A stretch of 31,894 bases of DNA from a virus. Lineage: Duplodnaviria; Caudoviricetes. Both the position numbers and the translations under genes were made by a program. Under the pieces are notes generated by a model, which made no database searches, was not told where the DNA came from, and saw nothing but the letters and a program-made list of their open reading frames with translations. Shown in pieces: positions 24,026 to 31,894 of the stretch (within the stretch, counting starts at the first letter, position 1; every line of letters begins with the position of its first letter). Location: positions 1 through 31,894 of IMG/VR virus record IMGVR_UViG_3300031227_000247. One strand, given 5' to 3'.

Positions 24026-26220
24026 TATATCTCTCCTCGTAACAGCCCAACGATGAGCTTGAAATGTTCTCGATCCCCTTCCAGAAACTTCTGAGGGTCT
24101 TTGTAAAAGAGCTCCAACCCCATACTCATCACTTCGGTATCCCCGCTCCTGTAAACCTTGGTGCAATAGGCATCCATCCAGTCCTCTGTAGGCAGTCCCA
24201 TTTCATCCAGGCCATAACGGTCCCCTAAATGCTGGAGCTTGACGCCCCTCTTCTTCGCCCGTCCCTTGACCAACGCATTACACCGATTCTTGAAGTGTTT
24301 ATTTTGATCCTCGATATGGTGGCCAAACTCATGGACGAACGTCCCGGGCGGGGCGTTTGCCCCCATCTTGGCTGAGGCAAGCGGTCTTCCAGGATCAACG
24401 TACGTTTCAGGGGCTCGTCGATAATAATGAGATCGCGTTGTAGATCTATCCAGGACGAACTCAATAGGGCTCATGTTCTTCTGTCTTCCCCTAAGAGCAT
24501 CCTTACGAACCAACTTCCGCACATCGTCCACCAATTTATCCACCTTCTTCTTAGTCGTCCACGAGAGCTCCGGCGAAACATTCACTCCAGCAATACCCGC
24601 AGCCTCGTCCGGGGCAACTTGGCATGCTTTGAGCCAGACGTCCCTCCCGGCCGCCCCTCCATCAATTGCATCCTTTGCCCTCCTTTTGACCGCGGTAATT
24701 CGGACATTGAGTTCTCTATACTCCGGCGTCTTCCAATATTCCCAATGCTGGGGGCCGCTTTCCTTTAGCCTCCGAAACGCACTTTTCAACTCCCTCAGTT
24801 CAACCTTCGTTGCATCTAATATCTCCTGTACGCCCTGTGTGCCTCGGCTCCCAATTGTCGCGTTTGCACGATCTACAAGCTTCTGGAAATGAGGATCGTA
24901 TTCCTCCAGCGCCTTGAAAACCGACCGCCGCCCCCTGAGGTCCACCCGCTCCAGCGAAGGTCCCGCCGTAGGTGACGGTGGCGCCGGGGCTGCAGGCTTA
25001 GAAACAGACGGTGTAGCCTTGAGCTTCCTTGCGGCTGTCCTTCGGTATGTTGCAATGCGCTCCCGCATCCAGGCCTCCGTCTTTCCCTTGCCTGCGTAGC
25101 GGGCAAAAAACACCTCCTCTATCTCCGCCTCGGTCTTACCTTCCTGGACCAGGCGAATCATAAGATTCTCGTTCGATTCCTTGCCTGCTACCGGGCCCAT
25201 TGTAGCCTGCCTGCCTCGCACAGCTTTTGCAATCCGCTGCCGTGGCGTCCTTGCAATAACCCCCGCCCTCCTGAACGCCCCGCCCCGCTGGTCATAAGCC
25301 CCGGCTTTCTCAAGACGCTTCCGAACGGACGAGGGGCCCCACTTCTGTCCCGGGCGTCTGTAGTCAGACATGGCAGGCGCAAACGCACAGCGACAATTGG
25401 GGTGGAGTGGAATGAGACCTCGCGCCTGAGCAATCTTCATCACCACACCTTCCAGATGTGCGCACCTATCGCACACCCGCTCGTCGCCGGCCGTCATCCA
25501 CTCAACCTGGACCGAGACCTTCTTGAAACCAAGATCTTCCAACCCATCCAATTGCCCCTCCGCATGAGCATAGATGATCTCGGTCCGCGCAATCGTGAGG
25601 GCCCTCGTGCGGGTGAGGCTCGCGACGGTCCTATTCAACTGCCGCGCGAGTTCCCGCGGGTTTCGTCCTTCCGCCATTCCCAATGTCAGCGTCCGTGCCA
25701 TACGCTGGGACATCGTAGCGGAGACCCCGCGCAGATCCTCATACGACCTGGTGCTCAACAGCTCCATCTTGCTCACACGTTCGGGGGAGGCAAAGGAGCT
25801 CCGCAGGAACTCCTCCTTCGAGCCTTCGTAGAATCCAGCCGGCTTGCCGAACTCCTCCTTATGAGCATCGGTGTAGGATCTTAGGACGCCCTTCTTGTAA
25901 GCGCTATTTACATACTTCGCAGTCCAAGGTTTTCCTGTGATGCCGTCCACCTCGAGCACCCCCTCATTCACCTGCTTTTGGAACCAGGTCCGGAACGAGG
26001 TGAGCTTCTGCGGATTCGTCTGGAATCGCCATGCCTGGGGCTCTATGTTGACCTGTAAGCCGGAAAAGATATTGGGAGGAGCCAAGCCAAAAACGTCCTC
26101 CTCCGCAACCAGTTCCGTCACAGCCTTCTGGATCGCACGGAAGCGCTTCCGCATGTCGCGCATAAACGCCTGGCGGAGCATGGTAGTGCGACTAGGATCT
26201 CGTTGGGCCACAGCTATCAC
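24025..26220 (-). CDS. MuF / SPP1 gp7 minor head protein with long C-terminal extension ending in an HExxH metallopeptidase-like domain
   Basis: DPSRTT, RA.TIARTE, EWMTAGDERVC..C and PLHPNCRC are MuF motifs; HEFGH at 24319-24333, followed by Y..K.Y...TEVMSMG. Confidence 0.88.
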   Translation of the reverse strand: MIAVAQRDPSRTTMLRQAFMRDMRKRFRAIQKAVTELVAEEDVFGLAPPNIFSGLQVNIEPQAWRFQTNPQKLTSFRTWFQKQVNEGVLEVDGITGKPWTAKYVNSAYKKGVLRSYTDAHKEEFGKPAGFYEGSKEEFLRSSFASPERVSKMELLSTRSYEDLRGVSATMSQRMARTLTLGMAEGRNPRELARQLNRTVASLTRTRALTIARTEIIYAHAEGQLDGLEDLGFKKVSVQVEWMTAGDERVCDRCAHLEGVVMKIAQARGLIPLHPNCRCAFAPAMSDYRRPGQKWGPSSVRKRLEKAGAYDQRGGAFRRAGVIARTPRQRIAKAVRGRQATMGPVAGKESNENLMIRLVQEGKTEAEIEEVFFARYAGKGKTEAWMRERIATYRRTAARKLKATPSVSKPAAPAPPSPTAGPSLERVDLRGRRSVFKALEEYDPHFQKLVDRANATIGSRGTQGVQEILDATKVELRELKSAFRRLKESGPQHWEYWKTPEYRELNVRITAVKRRAKDAIDGGAAGRDVWLKACQVAPDEAAGIAGVNVSPELSWTTKKKVDKLVDDVRKLVRKDALRGRQKNMSPIEFVLDRSTTRSHYYRRAPETYVDPGRPLASAKMGANAPPGTFVHEFGHHIEDQNKHFKNRCNALVKGRAKKRGVKLQHLGDRYGLDEMGLPTEDWMDAYCTKVYRSGDTEVMSMGLELFYKDPQKFLEGDREHFKLIVGLLRGEI

Positions 26221-26972
26221 AACTTGGCCTCCTTACGATCACGGCCGGGAACGCCTTGAACCTTAAGTTCTGCGTGGTGCTGCCTAACCCGGGAGATCGC
26301 AGCACGGGAAGGAGCCCCTACCGACTTGCCCTGCCACCGTTCGGTCAAGCGCCCATACCAGTTCTCGCCGAGATTGCCGAGATGGATGACCGGGAGCGAG
26401 AAGCGTTTCTTGTGCGCCTTATCCCATCGTTTCTGGAAGGCGCTGTCGTATCCTCCCGCGTGCTCGTATTCTGCATCATACCAAGGAGGTGGCGACAACT
26501 GCCCCGTCCAGAAACAATGGAGAAACCCGGGCAGTTCACAGGGGTTCTTGATCGGAGGAAATGGCCCGCCGTTTTCCCACGCTTCGAGGTTGGAACATCC
26601 CACCCTCGATGCCCCGTAAAGAACATTCTTCTCCGTCGCCTCCGCCTCGATCACCCGTCCCATTCCTGGCTGGAACACGATATCCGCATCCAACGTCAGG
26701 ACCCATTCCGGCCTGCACGTTCGCCAATCTTCCAGCACCGCATTGAGCGCAGCCGCCTTGCTAAACGCCGCACCGTGCGTGTAAAAGGCATCAGTCTGAA
26801 ACACGCACACACCAGCCTTCTGCCCAACACGCACGGTTGCGCTGTCCTTCCGACTTGTCACCACAACGATCTCGTTGTCCAGGTCGTGCCCCACCTCCCT
26901 GATAATGGAGGGCAATGAAATGCCCAGCAGGTCGTCGTAGTTGACACAGACAATCACAGTTAGGAGGGACAT
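26217..26972 (-). CDS. Glycosyltransferase, GT-A fold (GT2-like)
   Basis: VIVCVNY, IVVVT, FSKAAALN, WVLTLDAD (DxD) and GGYDS.F motifs; GAAGGAG RBS; GTGA overlap with the MuF start. Confidence 0.85.
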   Translation of the reverse strand: MSLLTVIVCVNYDDLLGISLPSIIREVGHDLDNEIVVVTSRKDSATVRVGQKAGVCVFQTDAFYTHGAAFSKAAALNAVLEDWRTCRPEWVLTLDADIVFQPGMGRVIEAEATEKNVLYGASRVGCSNLEAWENGGPFPPIKNPCELPGFLHCFWTGQLSPPPWYDAEYEHAGGYDSAFQKRWDKAHKKRFSLPVIHLGNLGENWYGRLTERWQGKSVGAPSRAAISRVRQHHAELKVQGVPGRDRKEAKL

Positions 26973-27604
26973 TTCCAATCTCCTTCCGTATCCTCCATGA
27001 ACTGGAATACAAAACTGCTCGATCGCTTGGGGTCCCGGAACCCGACCAAGTGTGCACCCTGCTCCGTCAACTCATCGAGATATTGGGTAACACCGAACAC
27101 CGGCCCTCCCGGATGATATTGGGAAGGCACATTGTAATCATGCCAGATGACAATGCTCTGGTCATGGATGAGATGGCGAGCCCATTCGGTGGCCTGTTTT
27201 GTTCCCGTGCGGGAATGGTCGGAGTCGATAAGCGCCCAGTCGAATGGCGCGTGCGGAACATCCTGCCAAGGGATACCTCGCGTGCCCTTCTCGTGCAGCA
27301 GAAGCGACACTTTGCCATCGCCCTCGACCATTCGGCCAGGGTGGGCAGGAGCAGACGTCATTGTATTCATCCGCTTTCTATCTACTCCCACATACTGGCC
27401 GATTCCAGGCGCAAAATCCAGCAGCAGGGCCGCCGTGTGTCCCTCGTGGATTCCCACCTCCAGACACGTCACAGGTTTCCGAACTTCGAGAAGCCTGAGC
27501 AAGACCCTCAGGTCATTCCACGTAGGGCCCACAACACCTCGACGCCCGCGGACGGCCGCAACATCAACATCCTTGACGAACCGCTCAAAATCCAACAGCA
27601 CCAT
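26960..27604 (-). CDS. Class I SAM-dependent methyltransferase (sugar/small-molecule O-methyltransferase type)
   Basis: LEVGIHEGHTA, YVGVD, FDWALIDSDHS and IWHDY motifs; no DNA-MTase DPPY/PC motif; GGAGGT RBS. Confidence 0.85.
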   Translation of the reverse strand: MVLLDFERFVKDVDVAAVRGRRGVVGPTWNDLRVLLRLLEVRKPVTCLEVGIHEGHTAALLLDFAPGIGQYVGVDRKRMNTMTSAPAHPGRMVEGDGKVSLLLHEKGTRGIPWQDVPHAPFDWALIDSDHSRTGTKQATEWARHLIHDQSIVIWHDYNVPSQYHPGGPVFGVTQYLDELTEQGAHLVGFRDPKRSSSFVFQFMEDTEGDWKCPS

Positions 27605-27616
27605 TGATCCTACCTC

Positions 27617-28495
27617 CTATGCTCCTGTTTTCGCGGACCTCATCGTGCGGCCCTTTGACACGTCACGGTAGCGACGTGGATCCCAGCCCTTCCCATACTG
27701 CGCGACATCGTAGCCCGCGCAGTCGAAGACCACACACCGATCCATCACCGGGCTGTTGCAAGCTTCCAGCATTGCGTAGTTCCCTGGGCTGACATCGTCG
27801 TGACGATCATTGTCCATCCTGCCCGGCAACGGCATGCAGATGCCGCACCGATTACACCAGCGATGGACCTGGTCATGGAAATCCGTCAGGCTCCTGTTCC
27901 ACCACAGCGGCTCGATGGGAAGCCCGCCCGGCCCGCTGAAAAGCACATCCATCGCTCCGGCCACCTCGCAGAAGAACACACCCTTAGGTGTGATGCTCCC
28001 GCACCAACTATTCTGGAGCCAGCAGTCCCATATCCGCGCATATCGCTTCTTCTTATCCGGCTCCAGTTCAGCACTAGCGATGAACACGGGCTGGTGACGT
28101 GCGGGGGGTTTGTGCGGATTCTTATTCTGGAACCCGAACACTTCTTTGATCCGCTTCTCATGCCTCCTGTAGGCCGGACCAAGGCTCGTCCACAAGCCTC
28201 GATTCTTTCGCTGTGGAATGAGCTGCTCCATGATCTCGCAGATCTCGAGGAACTCAGGGTGAAGGGTCGGCTCCCCACCCATTACACCTATCACCTTCGT
28301 TCTCCCCTCCACATCCAGCTCGCTTTCGGATGGGAATGTCATCACGCTTTCCACCGCTTTGTGGAATGTGTCAAGCGCCATTGTGAATGGTCGATCCTTG
28401 ACGTGCGCGGTCATCCTTGTGCAGTTGGAGCATTGGATGGGGCAGACGTTTGTCACGTCGATCTGGATACACCACTGTTCGCTTACGGATTTCAT
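27617..28495 (-). CDS. Radical SAM enzyme with C-terminal Cys-rich (SPASM/Twitch-like) extension
   Basis: DVTNVCPIQCSNC (CxxxCxxC), MGGEPTLHP, then CWLQNSWC..ITPKGVFFC..CNRCGIC. Confidence 0.9.
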   Translation of the reverse strand: MKSVSEQWCIQIDVTNVCPIQCSNCTRMTAHVKDRPFTMALDTFHKAVESVMTFPSESELDVEGRTKVIGVMGGEPTLHPEFLEICEIMEQLIPQRKNRGLWTSLGPAYRRHEKRIKEVFGFQNKNPHKPPARHQPVFIASAELEPDKKKRYARIWDCWLQNSWCGSITPKGVFFCEVAGAMDVLFSGPGGLPIEPLWWNRSLTDFHDQVHRWCNRCGICMPLPGRMDNDRHDDVSPGNYAMLEACNSPVMDRCVVFDCAGYDVAQYGKGWDPRRYRDVSKGRTMRSAKTGA

Positions 28496-28500
28496 TGGTC

Positions 28501-29541
28501 CTATCTCCCTTTTCTTCTCCTCGATTGTCCAACCCCCGCCCTCCGCCACTGCTCGGTGAGGACCCCATGAATCCTGGCGGCCTCGACCCGGAAGTCATAT
28601 CGGTCCACACAGATCTTGGCAAAGTGACGCTGCCGTTCCACATCCCAGTCAGCTGCAAGCTCGCCACACAAGTCCCGCAAACCCTGGGCGGAAATATCAT
28701 CATGGACACGGACGAAGTTGGGCTCGATGCCCGGCACCCGAACACTACTGGACAGATTGGTAACCACAATGCAACCCGCAGCCGTTCCTTCCCAGTGCTT
28801 CTTGAACGCGACATCCCATCGAGAACAGCCAACAAGCATCACTTTATGGCGCCTTAGCTCCACCATGTAATCCGGCACAGCCGAGCCGTCGGTCCGGGAC
28901 CAGTGGTGGTGGGCGCGAATCGTAAAATCTCGCTCCCAGTTCTGCAGCCCCCTCACGTCGTCCCACAATCGTCCACGCACCGGGTAGTTCCGCCTATTCG
29001 AGGCGCCACTGAGCAGACACACCTTATCCCGTCCATCTGCCGAGGGCTCCGGACACAGCTCCCTCACGACGGTATGGTAGATGCGGAGGAGACGCCGGCC
29101 CTCCATATAGGGTGCGATCTTGATACATTGGGCGGGGTCGTAGCGGACGAGGACGGCATGGGGATTGAATCGTGTCTGCCATTCCTGATGGGCGTCCGGA
29201 TGACCCCACGGGTCCGCGTGCTTCGTCACCCGCAGCAGCCCTTCCATCCGCCCCACCTCATCGTAGCCATCGAATCCCACGTCCTTCGACGGAGGCTGAG
29301 ACATTGAGGGGTTCCAAGTATTCCATTCTTCCGCGACCACAATGTCGGGCTCTACATCACGCACAACACCCGCCATATCCGTCCTGTCCTGTCCTCCCGG
29401 GAACCGTCGGCCGTATGGGGTGTAGCCCATAAGCTCCAGCCCACGCTGAATCCGGTATGCGGTGTCGCTCGCGTAGTCCTTGAACGCCTCAACACCGAAC
29501 TGGATACAGTGAGGCTCCCTGGAGTCCTTTGACCGGTCCAT
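28501..29541 (-). CDS. Glycosyltransferase, GT-B fold (CgeB/YkvP-like C-terminal domain)
   Basis: EPDIVV, LSGA...YPVR, Y..EL..HK..L..S.....KHWE..AAGCIVVTN. Start at ATG 29541 after AGGAGAAGGA; ATG 29583 also possible. Confidence 0.78.
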   Translation of the reverse strand: MDRSKDSREPHCIQFGVEAFKDYASDTAYRIQRGLELMGYTPYGRRFPGGQDRTDMAGVVRDVEPDIVVAEEWNTWNPSMSQPPSKDVGFDGYDEVGRMEGLLRVTKHADPWGHPDAHQEWQTRFNPHAVLVRYDPAQCIKIAPYMEGRRLLRIYHTVVRELCPEPSADGRDKVCLLSGASNRRNYPVRGRLWDDVRGLQNWERDFTIRAHHHWSRTDGSAVPDYMVELRRHKVMLVGCSRWDVAFKKHWEGTAAGCIVVTNLSSSVRVPGIEPNFVRVHDDISAQGLRDLCGELAADWDVERQRHFAKICVDRYDFRVEAARIHGVLTEQWRRAGVGQSRRRKGR

Positions 29542-29587
29542 GATGTCCTTCTCCTGTGTCCCCATTATGCTGCTCGTCGCCATCTTC

Positions 29588-29890
29588 CTATTCCTCTCCT
29601 TCCCTCTCGTTTCTTTCTTCCCTCTCGTTTCGTTCCTGAACTTCCCTCCCTTGCTCGTGGTGCTGAATGCGGATGACCTCGTCCTCCCACCAGTCGTTGA
29701 TCTCGGCCAGGATCCTCTCCCCCCACAGCCCGATGGTGGAAAGGACGAGACAAGCAACCGCGCTTGTCGCCAACCCAATCCATCTGCCCCAGGCATCAGG
29801 AAGAATGAGGATCAAAATACCAGCAACCGCCATACACAGGGCTCCCACTGTGGAAAGCCGAATCGACAACCTACCCTTCTGTGGAATCAT
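29588..29890 (-). CDS. Small two-transmembrane protein with a charged C-terminal tail
   Basis: GGAGG RBS; two hydrophobic stretches separated by PDAWGR; tail ERNEREERNEREGEE. Confidence 0.7.
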   Translation of the reverse strand: MIPQKGRLSIRLSTVGALCMAVAGILILILPDAWGRWIGLATSAVACLVLSTIGLWGERILAEINDWWEDEVIRIQHHEQGREVQERNEREERNEREGEE

Positions 29891-29893
29891 TAC

Positions 29894-30604
29894 TTATCCT
29901 CCTTGCCAGGTGACGAATGCCTTGCCGCCCTTATGCTCAATCCCGCGCTTCTTGAGCCACTCGCGTCCAATGTCCTTCACAACGATCCCATCCTGCCGGA
30001 GCGGCCAGTGGTATGAGCGATAAGGCTCCCCTAACCCTCGTCCCCCTTCGCGGAACTCCGGTGCTCTCATCTGCGCCTCGGGGCCCGCACTATCGTCCAA
30101 CTGTTCCGCAATCGTTGCCGCAACGCTGGACTTGATGAGCACCGGACTCAGACACACGCGGTGGTGATTGTCATTGTAAGCACGCAGATTTACTGCGCTC
30201 CACTCATACTGTTCGCCATCGTCGGTGCTCCAGAGCAGGGAGAGCAGATCACGCACGTCCACGGGCCTCGTCAGCACCCAATCTGCTTGTAAGTAGAAGA
30301 ACTCAGGGCCCGTCGGTTGCCTCCACCCCCATGCCACTGCTGAGGGGAAACTGGGCTTGGAACAGACGCGTGACAGCACACGGCCGAAAACCTTGGCGGC
30401 CTCGTCCCTCACCTGTTCCGCCCGCGGGGCTGCGGGTTCCCATCGAGCGGGGCAGCAGTCAATGTTGAGGTATAGGGTGGAGCGAGGCCAATCCACGCCC
30501 ACAAGGTTTTCCCGGAAGCTCCCCCAGCTCTCCGCACACACGCCTGGACGCAGACATTCGGTGCCCACGAATTCCAGTTGGACTCCTTCGCCATCGGTCC
30601 TCAT
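29894..30604 (-). CDS. Divergent GT-A fold glycosyltransferase-like protein
   Basis: TECLRP, LYLNID, SFPSAV.W and FFYLQADWVL (variant of the LEDDW/DxD strand); cluster context. Confidence 0.6.
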   Translation of the reverse strand: MRTDGEGVQLEFVGTECLRPGVCAESWGSFRENLVGVDWPRSTLYLNIDCCPARWEPAAPRAEQVRDEAAKVFGRVLSRVCSKPSFPSAVAWGWRQPTGPEFFYLQADWVLTRPVDVRDLLSLLWSTDDGEQYEWSAVNLRAYNDNHHRVCLSPVLIKSSVAATIAEQLDDSAGPEAQMRAPEFREGGRGLGEPYRSYHWPLRQDGIVVKDIGREWLKKRGIEHKGGKAFVTWQGG

Positions 30605-30641
30605 TGTAAGCTCTCAAGAAAAGGGTGGAGGCCGTCGTCTA

Positions 30642-31894
30642 CTATGTGCCGTCAGGCGGAACAGGAGAAGGCGGGGGCGCCGGATCCTCGATGCCTTCCA
30701 CGTCCTGTGGGGCCGCAGGAATGACAGGTTCGGGGATGGTATCCTCGTCCTCATCCTGTTTTTCTACATACGTAGCAGCGGCCTCCATAATTGCACCAAT
30801 CTGGTCGGGCGAGAAGCCCATGATCTGTGAGAAGAACTCCTCGGGCGGAACAAGCATATCCACCTCGCCCTTGACATAATCTCCCAGGGCTTTGACAATC
30901 TTGCCTGCGGTGTCGGCCCTCTCCCCCTCACTCGGTGCGTCCAGGTCAGGCCATTCGACGTAGAAGTCCTCGGGGTCGGGAAGCACACCAAGGAGCAGGA
31001 GACGGTCGATGAATGGACGGATCAGCATTGGGGAGATGTACTCCTCTCGCCTACGTGCCAGACGCTTGTTCCACGTTCGGGTGTCCTGCGTGCTCGCAAG
31101 TTCCGCCTGCTCGCTGCCAAAGAGGATCCGGTTCGGGATGCCGAGGCTAATGGCGATGCTTTTGAGCTGGGCCTCGAGGTGCTCCGTCGGGCTAACGACC
31201 TGAGGCGCGAGGTTCTTAGCCGTGAGGCCCTGGGTGGCAATGTATCGCTGGAGGCCATTGTAATAATCGGCCACCTGCTCGGCCAGGCTCTCCTGGTCGA
31301 TTGACACGCCAGCCTGAGCCAGCTCCGCGGGCATCTCAAACGATATGCCGGGAAATGCGCCCTTCCAAAACATTTCAGCGCTGGCCCCTAAGATCTTCCG
31401 GAGATCGAAGAGCCTATTGAATACGGGCTGCATCCTCGGGACGCCGAACACCTCGCTCTCCTCCCGATTGTCCGCGACATGCAGCACGCGCGTCCAGTGG
31501 ACCGTCTTCTTATCCTTTGATGAGACGGAGCCTTCCAATGTCACGTCCTCGAGCGCGACAGTGTAAGAGACAGGCTGCCCATAGCGAGGATTCGTCGTGT
31601 CCTTCTCCTTGGACTTTATCGTGACGACGTTCTCGCTAAACACGCGGAGATAGAGGAGGTCGTATTGTCGCATACCCCGCCACCCATCCTCGGGCAGGCC
31701 GTCGTTCCCAATCCCTTCGACTGGCTGTTCCAAGGGCTTGCCATCGTCGAGACCCAGCAAAACGATGCCGAACCGCCCAATGCCGCTCAGTTTGTCGGCA
31801 CGATACAGGTAGTGGAGGAGGTGGAGGCGACGGTCGAGATCATCCCACGCAAGCTCGAATAACGTCTCCTCCACATCTTCCGTCTCGTAAATGT
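30642..31894 (-). CDS. Portal protein (DUF1073-like), 5' end outside the window
   Basis: AD.L..IGRFG, NPRYGQP..Y, VHWTRVLH, G.P.M..V.NRL.DL.KI.G.SAE.FWK and IP.RIL.GSEQ.ELAS.QD motifs. Frame stays open to the window edge. Confidence 0.9.
   Translation of the reverse strand, partial: IYETEDVEETLFELAWDDLDRRLHLLHYLYRADKLSGIGRFGIVLLGLDDGKPLEQPVEGIGNDGLPEDGWRGMRQYDLLYLRVFSENVVTIKSKEKDTTNPRYGQPVSYTVALEDVTLEGSVSSKDKKTVHWTRVLHVADNREESEVFGVPRMQPVFNRLFDLRKILGASAEMFWKGAFPGISFEMPAELAQAGVSIDQESLAEQVADYYNGLQRYIATQGLTAKNLAPQVVSPTEHLEAQLKSIAISLGIPNRILFGSEQAELASTQDTRTWNKRLARRREEYISPMLIRPFIDRLLLLGVLPDPEDFYVEWPDLDAPSEGERADTAGKIVKALGDYVKGEVDMLVPPEEFFSQIMGFSPDQIGAIMEAAATYVEKQDEDEDTIPEPVIPAAPQDVEGIEDPAPPPSPVPPDGT

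Noticed and set aside
26960-27604. DNA methyltransferase / restriction evasion
   Set aside because: Lacks DPPY/NPPY or PC catalytic motifs; the IDxDH..HDY pattern fits small-molecule or sugar methyltransferases.
28501-29796. 431-aa version of the GT-B ORF
   Set aside because: The extra N-terminus overlaps the 2-TM gene; a start at 29541 or 29583 fits the RBS and gene packing better.

Overview
Part of a tailed dsDNA phage (or prophage), probably a siphovirus since no tail sheath gene is present. GC is about 60%, and two gene blocks converge at 7760/7770. The + strand block (1-7760) is a recombination/replication module: the end of an AKP-repeat/Cys-tail protein, a RecA-like recombinase, a 5'-3' exonuclease, an AT-rich radical SAM gene, an XRE HTH protein, an Hjc-type resolvase, and an Mre11/Rad50 nuclease whose Rad50 is split around the Mre11 gene. 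The - strand block (31894 to 7770) is the virion operon. In transcription order it holds the portal (partial), a six-gene glycosyltransferase/radical SAM/methyltransferase cluster, MuF with an HExxH C-terminal domain plus a small coupled gene, the prohead protease/scaffold, a decoration protein and an encapsulin-like major capsid protein. It continues with a Maf/DUF115-like transferase, neck genes, the tail tube, tail chaperones with a -1 slippery site, the tape measure, minor tail proteins and a lipoprotein with a C-terminal membrane helix. The best candidates for new biology are a virion glycan-building and tailoring system inside the head module, a MuF toxin/immunity pair, and the three-piece Rad50. 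All family calls come from motifs read by eye; no database search was run.
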